Shown here: piece by piece, positions 17,099 to 25,001 of the stretch
How positions within the stretch are numbered: the stretch's first letter is position 1
How the letters are laid out: every line of letters begins with the position of its first letter
Source: Candidatus Eiseniibacteriota bacterium
GTDB taxonomy: Bacteria; Eisenbacteria; RBG-16-71-46
NCBI GenBank assembly: GCA_038231135.1
Contig: JBBRLX010000022.1
Coordinates: 1 to 64,000, forward strand
Direction: 5' to 3'
DNA length: 64,000 bases
Position numbers and translations under genes: made by a program
The notes under the pieces: generated by a model
Database searches by the model: none
The model's input: the letters and a program-made list of their open reading frames with translations, nothing else
What the model was told of the DNA's origin: nothing

Positions 17099-17335
17099 GG
17101 TCGTGCGGTGCGGAATTCCAGAGCCTCTCGAGCGTCGACTTCCAGAACCCTCCGAACCGGCCGGGGGGCACTTCGAATATACGCAGGATAGGTGCCGAAC
17201 TCGGCTAGTACTATTGTGTTGTATGCGGAGGCGGGTCTGCGTGGGAATACGGATGATGCGGCGCTCGGGTCGCGGACGCGATGCCGGGAATGTGCGTCAG
17301 AACGCAGTTACGGCCGCGCTCGCAGCGGTTCGACG

Positions 17336-17710
17336 TCAGATCCGCTCGCCCTCACCCATGAGGGCGAACGTGATCCGGCGGATCTGCTCGCGTAATTCGG
17401 GGTCGGCGATGTCGAGACCGGGGTTGCCCTGCAGCGGCCGCACGTTGATTTTCGACTGGAACTCGACGCAATCCGCACGGTCGCGGCCGGGGAAGTAGCT
17501 GGCGCCCCATACCCGGCGCGGATCGCTGCCCGAGTCGACCAGCAACCGCTGCAGGTCGAGGTGGGCGTCGGCGCCCACGGCCACTCGGCCATGCTCGACG
17601 TCGACCGCGAACTTCACCTTGTTGCCGTAGAAGTATCGCACCCGCTCCGCCAGCTCGCCCGCGGGCACGCGATGCTCCGCGATCAGGGGATTGGGCGGTC
17701 GCAGGATCAT
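17336..17710 (-). CDS. DUF5674-like protein
   Basis: VKFAVDVE, GSDPRRVWGA, EFQSKINVRPLQGN pattern; ATGA overlap with the response regulator. Confidence 0.7.
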   Translation of the reverse strand: MILRPPNPLIAEHRVPAGELAERVRYFYGNKVKFAVDVEHGRVAVGADAHLDLQRLLVDSGSDPRRVWGASYFPGRDRADCVEFQSKINVRPLQGNPGLDIADPELREQIRRITFALMGEGERI

Positions 17711-18354
17711 CCGCGTTCCTCGATCAGGCCTTCCCGCAGCGCGAGCTGCGTCAGCAACGCGACCGACCGGACGTTCAGCTTGCGCATAAGGTTCGCGCGG
17801 TGCGTTTCCACGGTGCGCCCGCTGATGTCGAGCTGCGACGCGATCTCCTTGGTGGAGAACCCGCGCGCCACGAGTTTCAGCACCTCGAGCTCGCGATCGG
17901 TGAGCAGGTCGGCGGGCCGGCGTTGCGGCGCGCCGCGCACCATCTCGGTGAGCGCCCGTTGCACGGGCTCGCTGTAGAACGCGCGGCCCGCCATCACCGC
18001 CTCGACACCCGCGACCAGGTCGTCGGCTGCGGAATCCTTGAGCAGGTAGCCCTCGGCCCCATCGCGGATCGCCCGCACGGCGTGTTCGCTGTCGGCGTGC
18101 ATCGTGAGCACCAGCACCTTCACGTCTGGATACGTAGCCTCGGCTTGGCGCAACACTTCGAACCCGTCCGTTCCCGGCATCGTCAGATCGAGCACCAGCA
18201 CGTCGACGCCTCCCCGGGCGAGCCGGGCCAGTGCGCCGGCGCCGTTCGATTCTTCACCCACTACTTCGATGTCCGGGTGCGCTTCGAGGATGCGCCGCAG
18301 TCCGGCACGCACCAGCGTGTGATCGTCGGCCAGCATCACGCGCGTCGGGCTCAT
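17707..18354 (-). CDS. NarL/LuxR-family response regulator
   Basis: REC domain (LADDH, LDLTMP, GYLLKD) and LuxR HTH (LTDRELEVL...TVETHRANLMRKL). Confidence 0.95.
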   Translation of the reverse strand: MSPTRVMLADDHTLVRAGLRRILEAHPDIEVVGEESNGAGALARLARGGVDVLVLDLTMPGTDGFEVLRQAEATYPDVKVLVLTMHADSEHAVRAIRDGAEGYLLKDSAADDLVAGVEAVMAGRAFYSEPVQRALTEMVRGAPQRRPADLLTDRELEVLKLVARGFSTKEIASQLDISGRTVETHRANLMRKLNVRSVALLTQLALREGLIEERG

Positions 18355-18439
18355 CGGGCGACCCGCCGCCGGACGCGCGTTGCGGGGTCGTCCCGTTCCG
18401 GACCCGTCATGCCGGCCGTGCGTCCGCAGGTCGGGGCCA

Positions 18440-19690
18440 TCACGCGCGGCCTCCGGCGGGGATCCGGGCCACGACGCGGAACCCGGCCTCGCTCGCGCCG
18501 GTGGTCTCGAGCGTGCCGCCGAGCAACGCCACCCGCTCCCGCATGCCCAGGAGGCCGAGGTTCGGCGTCACGGAACCCGTGACGCCGTGGCCATCGTCGA
18601 CGATCTCGAGCCGAACGTCCTCCGGTGTGGCGGCGAGCAGCACCCGCACCTCGCTGGCGGCCGCGTGCCGCGCGACGTTCGTCAGCGCCTCCTGCACGAT
18701 GCGATAGATCGCCACCTCCTGCTCGGGTTCGAGGCCGTGCACCTCGGGGGGTGCGTCGAGCCGCGTCGGGATGCGCGTGCGCGCCGAGAAATCCTCCACC
18801 AGAGTGCGGATCGCAGGCAACAGGCCGAGGTCGTCGAGCACCCGGGGCCGCAGCAGGTTGCTCAGGTCGCGCACCTGCGCGAGTGCCCGCCCCACCAGCT
18901 CGGCCGATTCGCGCCGGCCGTCGAGGTCGAGGTCGATCTTCACCGCGGTAAGGATCTGGCCGGCCTCGTCGTGCAGCTCGCGAGCGATGCGGCGGCGCTC
19001 GTCCTCCTGCGCCGTGAGCAGCAGCCGCGTGAGCTGGCCGAGCTCGGCGCTGCGCGACTCGAGCGCGCGCCGGTCGTGATCGAGCACGAGGAACAACGCG
19101 CCCAGCGCCGTGACCACGATGAGCAGCACGTCGACGTACACGCCGAACAGCACGCCCGTGCCCAGCGGCCGCAGCAGCGGATAGTCGAGATGGTGGAGTC
19201 CCCACAGCGTGAAGCCGACCGCGAGCAGCGTGGCCCCACCCGACGGTTCGCGCCGGCGGTATTGCCAGAACACGTAGGCCGTCCACAGCGTCGTCGCCGA
19301 CATCAGCACCGCCGAGAACACGCCGCCGATCATGAAGTTCCGGATGCCGTATACCAGCACCCACGAGCTCACGACCACGGCCGCCAGCAGCCAGGTCACA
19401 CGCGGGCCGCGCCGCCCGCCGCCGCCCGAGAACTGGAGAGCCGCGTCGAGCAGCAGCACTGCCACGACCCCGGTGCCGACCTGGTGGAGGAACAGCCAGT
19501 ATTCGCGGCGCGTGATCAGGAACGCCGAGATGAACACCAGCCGGGCCGCGTAGGAGGCCCACGCCAGCGCCCAGACACCGTCGTATGACCGCCGGCGCCG
19601 GCGCCACAGCACGTAGTAGACCAGCGACAGCAGGGTGGTGACGAGGGTCTGAAACGCGAGGGCGGACAGCTCGACGGTGGTGCGGTCCAT
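18440..19690 (-). CDS. HisKA_3 sensor histidine kinase with about 7 TM input region
   Basis: ERRRIARELHDEAGQ, YRIVQEALTNVARHA, DDGHG, GLLGMRER. Confidence 0.93.
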   Translation of the reverse strand: MDRTTVELSALAFQTLVTTLLSLVYYVLWRRRRRSYDGVWALAWASYAARLVFISAFLITRREYWLFLHQVGTGVVAVLLLDAALQFSGGGGRRGPRVTWLLAAVVVSSWVLVYGIRNFMIGGVFSAVLMSATTLWTAYVFWQYRRREPSGGATLLAVGFTLWGLHHLDYPLLRPLGTGVLFGVYVDVLLIVVTALGALFLVLDHDRRALESRSAELGQLTRLLLTAQEDERRRIARELHDEAGQILTAVKIDLDLDGRRESAELVGRALAQVRDLSNLLRPRVLDDLGLLPAIRTLVEDFSARTRIPTRLDAPPEVHGLEPEQEVAIYRIVQEALTNVARHAAASEVRVLLAATPEDVRLEIVDDGHGVTGSVTPNLGLLGMRERVALLGGTLETTGASEAGFRVVARIPAGGRA

Positions 19691-19799
19691 GGAACAATTC
19701 TACAGCCGGGCCGCGATCTTGACGATTCATGAGGGGACCCCCATCGTCACCACCTCGGAACTCGCCCGCCCCTCCGTACCCGCCGAAAGGTCCAAGCCC

Positions 19800-20699
19800 A
19801 TGTCTCATGTTCCAGGTGTTCGTGGCGTCACATGGCGCCGCGCCCGATCCCGGTTCGCCGTCGTTGCCGCCGTGCTGCTCGTCGCCGGCGCCCATGCCGC
19901 CTGGCGGGTGACCACGGCCGCAGCCGCGGCTCCCGTCACGCTCGCCACCACCGAGCTCGGGCAGGGTCCGGCCCTGGTGTTCGTGCCCGACATGGGAATG
20001 AGCCGCACGGTGTGGATGCCCACGGCGCGCCGGCTGCTGGCGGGCCGGCGGATCGTGCTCGTCGATCTTCCCGGCCACGGCGACAGCCCGCTGCCCGATC
20101 CGTTCTCGTTCCAGGCGTGCGCCGACGCGCTCGATCAGGTGCTGGCGAAGGAGCACGGCGACAGCACGATCGTGATCGGGCAGGGCGTGGGCGGGCTGAT
20201 CGCCGCGCTCGCCACGCGCGCGCATCCCGGCCACGTGCGCGGGGTGGTGCTGATCGACGTCGCCATGAAGTCGCCGCTGAAGATCGAGGATCAGCAGCGC
20301 CAGATGTTCCTCACCTGGATGGACGACAACTACGACACGGCCGTCCGTCAGATGTACAGCCAGCGCGGCCGCGATTCCACGCAGAGCGCGGAATTGATCT
20401 CGCAGGTGTCCATGGTGAAGCCGGCGACGCTCAAGCTGTACATCCGCGAACTGCTGAGCCTCGATCAGGCGTCGGCGTTGAAGGGGTTCCCGCGCCGGGT
20501 GCTGTACGTGGGCTCGGAGCGCGGCTGGCCGGCGGGCAAGCCGTGGAGCGTCCTGAGCACGGAACGCGGACTCGATGCCATGGCGACCCCCGACACGCTG
20601 CACATCGGCGCCAGCGCCCAGCTGATCATGAAGGACCAGCCCGATTCGCTGGCCGCCGCCATCGCCGGGTTCGCGGCGCGGGTGATCCCGGCGAAGTAG
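19800..20699 (+). CDS. Exported alpha/beta-hydrolase-fold protein with substituted catalytic residues
   Basis: GQGPALVFVP, VDLPGHGDS, GQGVGG in place of G-x-S-x-G, SAQLIMKDQP in place of xGH..M.D.P; signal peptide. Confidence 0.8.
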   Translation: MSHVPGVRGVTWRRARSRFAVVAAVLLVAGAHAAWRVTTAAAAAPVTLATTELGQGPALVFVPDMGMSRTVWMPTARRLLAGRRIVLVDLPGHGDSPLPDPFSFQACADALDQVLAKEHGDSTIVIGQGVGGLIAALATRAHPGHVRGVVLIDVAMKSPLKIEDQQRQMFLTWMDDNYDTAVRQMYSQRGRDSTQSAELISQVSMVKPATLKLYIRELLSLDQASALKGFPRRVLYVGSERGWPAGKPWSVLSTERGLDAMATPDTLHIGASAQLIMKDQPDSLAAAIAGFAARVIPAK

Positions 20700-20801
20700 C
20701 CGCAGGGGGCCGGCCGTGGCTTTCGTGCGATCGAAGCCGCCGCAGCAGACGCGTCCACCTAGGCCGTCGCGACGCCCCACAGCGGCGGCTGCGCGGCGGG
20801 A

Positions 20802-21536
20802 TCAGTCGCGGAGCAGTTGTTCCGCCCAGCGGCTCCGGGGGTCGCGCAGCAGGTAGTCGTCGGCGGTGCGCCGCGCCTCGTCGCCGCGGCCCACCTGGCG
20901 CAGCAGCCGCGCGCGATTCCACAGCGCCAGCTCGAACACCGGGTCGCGCCGCGGCACCGCCGCGAACTGGGCGATCGCGGCGAGTTGCAGCGCGCGCGGG
21001 CGGAACGGCCCGGGTTCGAGCGCCGCGCGCAGCGCGAGCGTCGCTCCGAGCCCGAGCCGGGCCTCGCCGTAATGCGGCGCGCGGTCGAGCGCCGCGCGGT
21101 AGTCGTGCTCGGCCGCGCGCGAATCGCCATGCACGAGCTCGAGCGCGCCCGCCGCCGCCCACACGCGCGCGTCCCAGCCGTGACGCGATTGCGCCCGTTC
21201 GACCAGCGCCAGCGCACGCGTGGCGCGCAACCGCTCGAGCGGCGCGAACACGCCATCGGTCGCGCCGTCCCCCAGCATCTCCGAGTGCAGCCGCAACGGC
21301 CCCGCATCGAGCAGCGTGCGGCCATGGGTGAGCAGCGCCGCGGCGCGCAGGTCCGCGTCGTCGGGCAGGCCGGTCACGATCCGCGGCGGCACGAACTGCG
21401 ACATCGCCGCCACGACAGCGAGCCCCACCAGGATGCCGACGAACGACATCACGGACAGCACGCGCCATTGCAGGCGGCGCTCGATCTCGGCAATCGGGGC
21501 CGGGGCCGACAGGATGAGGGGGGAGTGAGCCATCAC
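20802..21536 (-). CDS. Membrane-anchored TPR protein
   Basis: One TM segment followed by TPR-like helices (YRAALDRAPHYGEARLGLG). Confidence 0.7.
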   Translation of the reverse strand: MMAHSPLILSAPAPIAEIERRLQWRVLSVMSFVGILVGLAVVAAMSQFVPPRIVTGLPDDADLRAAALLTHGRTLLDAGPLRLHSEMLGDGATDGVFAPLERLRATRALALVERAQSRHGWDARVWAAAGALELVHGDSRAAEHDYRAALDRAPHYGEARLGLGATLALRAALEPGPFRPRALQLAAIAQFAAVPRRDPVFELALWNRARLLRQVGRGDEARRTADDYLLRDPRSRWAEQLLRD

Positions 21537-21628
21537 CCCGCAGCATAGGGGCGGTCACGGGCCGTGGCAACGACTGCTAGAATGCGGCCACCACGGGTTC
21601 CCTGGCACCTCGTTCCGGAGGCAATCGC

Positions 21629-23092
21629 ATGCGACCGCGAGTAACGACCAAGGCCGGTCTGTTCACCACGCTCGAACCCGGCTGGTTGTGGGCCGAATTC
21701 GATGCCCTGCGCGCCATTCCACGACCGTCCGGCCACGAGGCGCGGGCGCGTGAACACGTGAAGAGCCGGTTCGCGGACGCTGCCGCGACGCTGGACGAGG
21801 ATGCCGCCGGGAACCTCCTGGTGCGGGTGCCCGGCACCCGCGGCCTCGAGTCGGCACCCGGCGTCACGATCCAGTCGCACCTGGACATGGTGATCGCGGT
21901 CGAGGCGGGGGTCGAGTTCGATCCCGAACACGATGGCATCGAGTGCCGCATCGAGGGCGATTACCTGTACGCCAACGACACCACGCTGGGCGCCGACAAC
22001 GGCATCGGCGTGGCGGCGGCGATCGCGACCGCGCTCGATCCCGCCGTGGAGCACGGACCTCTCGAATTGCTGTTCACGATCGAGGAGGAGACCGGACTCA
22101 CCGGCGCCCGCGAGCTCGACCCGCGGCTTGTGAAATCCCGGCGGTTGCTGAACCTGGATTCCGAGGAGGACGACATCCTCTACGTCGGCTGCGCGGGCGG
22201 GCGCACGACCACGCTCGCGCTGCCGGTGGAATGGCAGCCGGCGCCGGCGGGTGCCGCAATCGCGATCGAGGTGACGGGCCTGCACGGCGGGCATTCGGGC
22301 ACCGACATCCATCTCAATCGCGCGAACGCGCACAAGCTGCTGGTGCGGGTGCTCGCGGCCGGCGGTTCCGCGGGCGCGCTCGCGGAGGTCGCGGGCGGCG
22401 GCGCGACGAACGCGATCCCCACCGCGTCGCGGGCGGTGGTCGTCGCCGCGGCGCAGGACGCCGCCCACTGGCGCGAGATCGCGGCGGCCCAGGCGGCCCG
22501 CGCGTGCGACGAATTCCCGGGCGATCCGGGGCTCGTGATCCAGGTCTCGGATGTCGCGAAGCCGGACCGGGTGATGACGGAGGAATCGTCGCGCCGGGTG
22601 GTCGATCTGCTGGCCGCGCTGCCGAGCGGCGTGCTGGCGATGAGCCGCGCCGGCGGCACGGAGACGTCATGCAACCTGGCGCGGGTCACGATCGCGGAGC
22701 GGACGGTGGACATTGTGGTCAGCGTGCGCTCGTCGGTGGGATCCGCGTTGCGGGGCGCGCTCGACACGATCGAAGCGGCCGCGCGGCTCGCCGGCGCCGT
22801 CGCGAGCGAATCCGAAGGCTATCCCGAGTGGCAGCCGAATTTCGACGGGCCGCTGGTGCATGCGCTGTCGGAGGTGTACGCGCGTTGCTTCGGTGCGCAG
22901 CCCAAGGTCGCCACGATTCACGCCGGGCTCGAAACCGCGCTGATCGGCCGCCGGGTGCCGGGCCTGCAGATGATCTCCTACGGCCCGCTCATCGAGTTCC
23001 CGCACTCGGCGCACGAGCGCGTGAACATTCCCAGCGTCGCCAAGTTCTGGAAGTTCCACTGCGAAGTATTGAAGGCGCTGGCCCGCGCGTAG
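21629..23092 (+). CDS. pepD: Aminoacyl-histidine (beta-Ala-His) dipeptidase, peptidase M20
   Basis: IPRPSGHE, QSHLDMV, TTLGADNGIG, EETGLTGA, NLDSEE, GGHSG, HAGLE. Confidence 0.92.
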   Translation: MRPRVTTKAGLFTTLEPGWLWAEFDALRAIPRPSGHEARAREHVKSRFADAAATLDEDAAGNLLVRVPGTRGLESAPGVTIQSHLDMVIAVEAGVEFDPEHDGIECRIEGDYLYANDTTLGADNGIGVAAAIATALDPAVEHGPLELLFTIEEETGLTGARELDPRLVKSRRLLNLDSEEDDILYVGCAGGRTTTLALPVEWQPAPAGAAIAIEVTGLHGGHSGTDIHLNRANAHKLLVRVLAAGGSAGALAEVAGGGATNAIPTASRAVVVAAAQDAAHWREIAAAQAARACDEFPGDPGLVIQVSDVAKPDRVMTEESSRRVVDLLAALPSGVLAMSRAGGTETSCNLARVTIAERTVDIVVSVRSSVGSALRGALDTIEAAARLAGAVASESEGYPEWQPNFDGPLVHALSEVYARCFGAQPKVATIHAGLETALIGRRVPGLQMISYGPLIEFPHSAHERVNIPSVAKFWKFHCEVLKALARA

Positions 23093-23097
23093 GAAGT

Positions 23098-23562
23098 CTA
23101 CGGATCCCGGCTACGGCGAATGGTGCCGAGCGCGCGCGTGAGCTGGCGGCGCGGATCGGGGGTGGCGGGGGCGGCGCTGCTCGCCGCTTCCATGTAGATG
23201 GCGGCCGCCAGGATGACGAGCGACGCGATCCAGGCGTGGAAGCCGAGCGCCCAGGTGGCGGGGTGATAGCGCACGCACGCCACGATGGCGCCGATCGCCG
23301 CCAGCACCAGCAGGTGCGCGGCGAGCCGGCCCCACGACGCGGCGCCGGCGAACGCGAACGCCGCGAGCATCACGAGCAGGTTGCCGCTGCAGACCAGCAG
23401 GAACAACGGATAGTCCGCCGCACCCTGCGGGCCGCGCAGCACCACCTCGGCCGCAAACGCGAGCCAGAACAGACCCAGCCAGTCGCTGTTCACGGGCAGG
23501 AACATCGACACCGCGAACGTGCCGAGCCCGATCAGGAACAGTCCGAAGGCGATGGGTTTCAT
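23098..23562 (-). CDS. Hypothetical membrane protein
   Basis: Four to five hydrophobic segments starting at MKPIAFGLFL. Confidence 0.6.
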   Translation of the reverse strand: MKPIAFGLFLIGLGTFAVSMFLPVNSDWLGLFWLAFAAEVVLRGPQGAADYPLFLLVCSGNLLVMLAAFAFAGAASWGRLAAHLLVLAAIGAIVACVRYHPATWALGFHAWIASLVILAAAIYMEAASSAAPATPDPRRQLTRALGTIRRSRDP

Positions 23563-23798
23563 GGCATCGTTTTCGGACGAGTGGTGATGCGGCTTGAGGT
23601 CTGTTGCGTGGTGCGGGGCCGCTCCGGCGGACCCGGCGACCGGCGTGGGCGAAACGACCCGGACCGGCACCGGCCTCGAGCGTGCGAAACCAAAGTATTC
23701 GTTGCAGTTGCCCTTGAGCCGCCGCGTTCCAGGCGATACTCTGTGGACCGCGACACGATGTCGCCCCACCTGTCCGCCGACCAGAACGAGGGAAGTCC

Positions 23799-25001
23799 TT
23801 GGCCACGGTGAAATTCCTGCAGATTTCCGACCTGCATCTGGGCGCCAGGTTCGCCTGGCTGCCCCGCGAGCACCGCGCCGAGCGCCGGCGCGAGCAGCAA
23901 CGCGCGCTCGAGCGCGCCGTCCATCTGGCGATCGAGCGCGGCGTCGACGCGATCCTCGTTCCCGGCGACCTGTTCGACGATGTCCTGGTCGATGCCGAGA
24001 ACCTGGCGTTCGCGATCCACGCGTTCCGCGCCACCGGCTGTCCGCCGGTGTTCATCACGCCCGGCAATCACGATCCGTGGTCCGATACCAGCGCCACGTG
24101 GAGCCCGCGCATGCTGGCGGCGCGCGACCTCAAGTGGCCGGCGCACGTCCACCTGTTCACGTCGCCGCAGTGGACCGACGTGCGGCTCGAGCACCTCGCG
24201 GTGCGGGTTTGGGGCCGGTGCTTCGTCCCCGGCATGGCCTCGACGGAGCGCCCGCTCGGCGCCGAGGCGCGCACGGCGGTCGGCGTGTTGCCGCCGACCG
24301 AGCTCAACATCGGCGTGTTTCATGGTTCCCTCGAAGGGCATTGCCCGCCGGGGCAGAAGTTGGTCGCGCCGTTCAGCCTCGACGAGGTGCAGGCGGCGCC
24401 GTTCGCGTGGATGGCCGTGGGCCACTACCACAAGGCGCTGTCGCATCCCCATTTCGCCTACTCCGGCTCGGCGTTGGCGCTCGACGCCACCGAGACCGGC
24501 GGCCATGGCGCGCTCGAAGTGCGCATCGAGTTCGGCAGCGGACCGCCGAAGGCGACGATCGACGCGATCGAACTCGACACGCGCAAGGCCTGGACGCTCG
24601 AGGCCGACGTGAGTGAGGCCGCGAGCGCCGATCAACTGGACGGCAGGATCCTCGACGCGCTGAATCGCGCAGGCGCCGGCGACCGCGACTTCGCGAAGGT
24701 CCGCCTCACCGGGCGGCTGACGCACGGCGTGCGCTGGTCCGCCCCGGGGGGCGAGCTGGCCGGCCGGGTGTGGAACCTGCGCGTCGACGCGACCGCGCTC
24801 CGCCCCGACTGGAATCTCGATGCGCTGCGCCACGCGAGCGACGAGACCACCGAGGGCCGGTTCGCGCGGGTGCTGATCGAGCAGCTCGACGCGGAACAGG
24901 ATCCCGAGCAGCGCGCCACGATCGAGCGCGCGCTGTACTACGGGCTCGACGCGTTCCGGCTGCGCGAGGTGCAGCCGGCATGGGAGGAGATCGGCGTATG
25001 A
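23799..25001 (+). CDS. SbcD/Mre11 (YhaO-like) metallophosphoesterase nuclease
   Basis: SDLHLG, PGDLFD, PGNHD, FHGS, GHYH, YSGS; TTG start. Confidence 0.88.
   Translation: MATVKFLQISDLHLGARFAWLPREHRAERRREQQRALERAVHLAIERGVDAILVPGDLFDDVLVDAENLAFAIHAFRATGCPPVFITPGNHDPWSDTSATWSPRMLAARDLKWPAHVHLFTSPQWTDVRLEHLAVRVWGRCFVPGMASTERPLGAEARTAVGVLPPTELNIGVFHGSLEGHCPPGQKLVAPFSLDEVQAAPFAWMAVGHYHKALSHPHFAYSGSALALDATETGGHGALEVRIEFGSGPPKATIDAIELDTRKAWTLEADVSEAASADQLDGRILDALNRAGAGDRDFAKVRLTGRLTHGVRWSAPGGELAGRVWNLRVDATALRPDWNLDALRHASDETTEGRFARVLIEQLDAEQDPEQRATIERALYYGLDAFRLREVQPAWEEIGV

Noticed and set aside
17099..17335. Possible riboswitch upstream of the TonB receptor
   Set aside because: No cobalamin or TPP consensus elements recognised; an Infernal/Rfam scan would be decisive.
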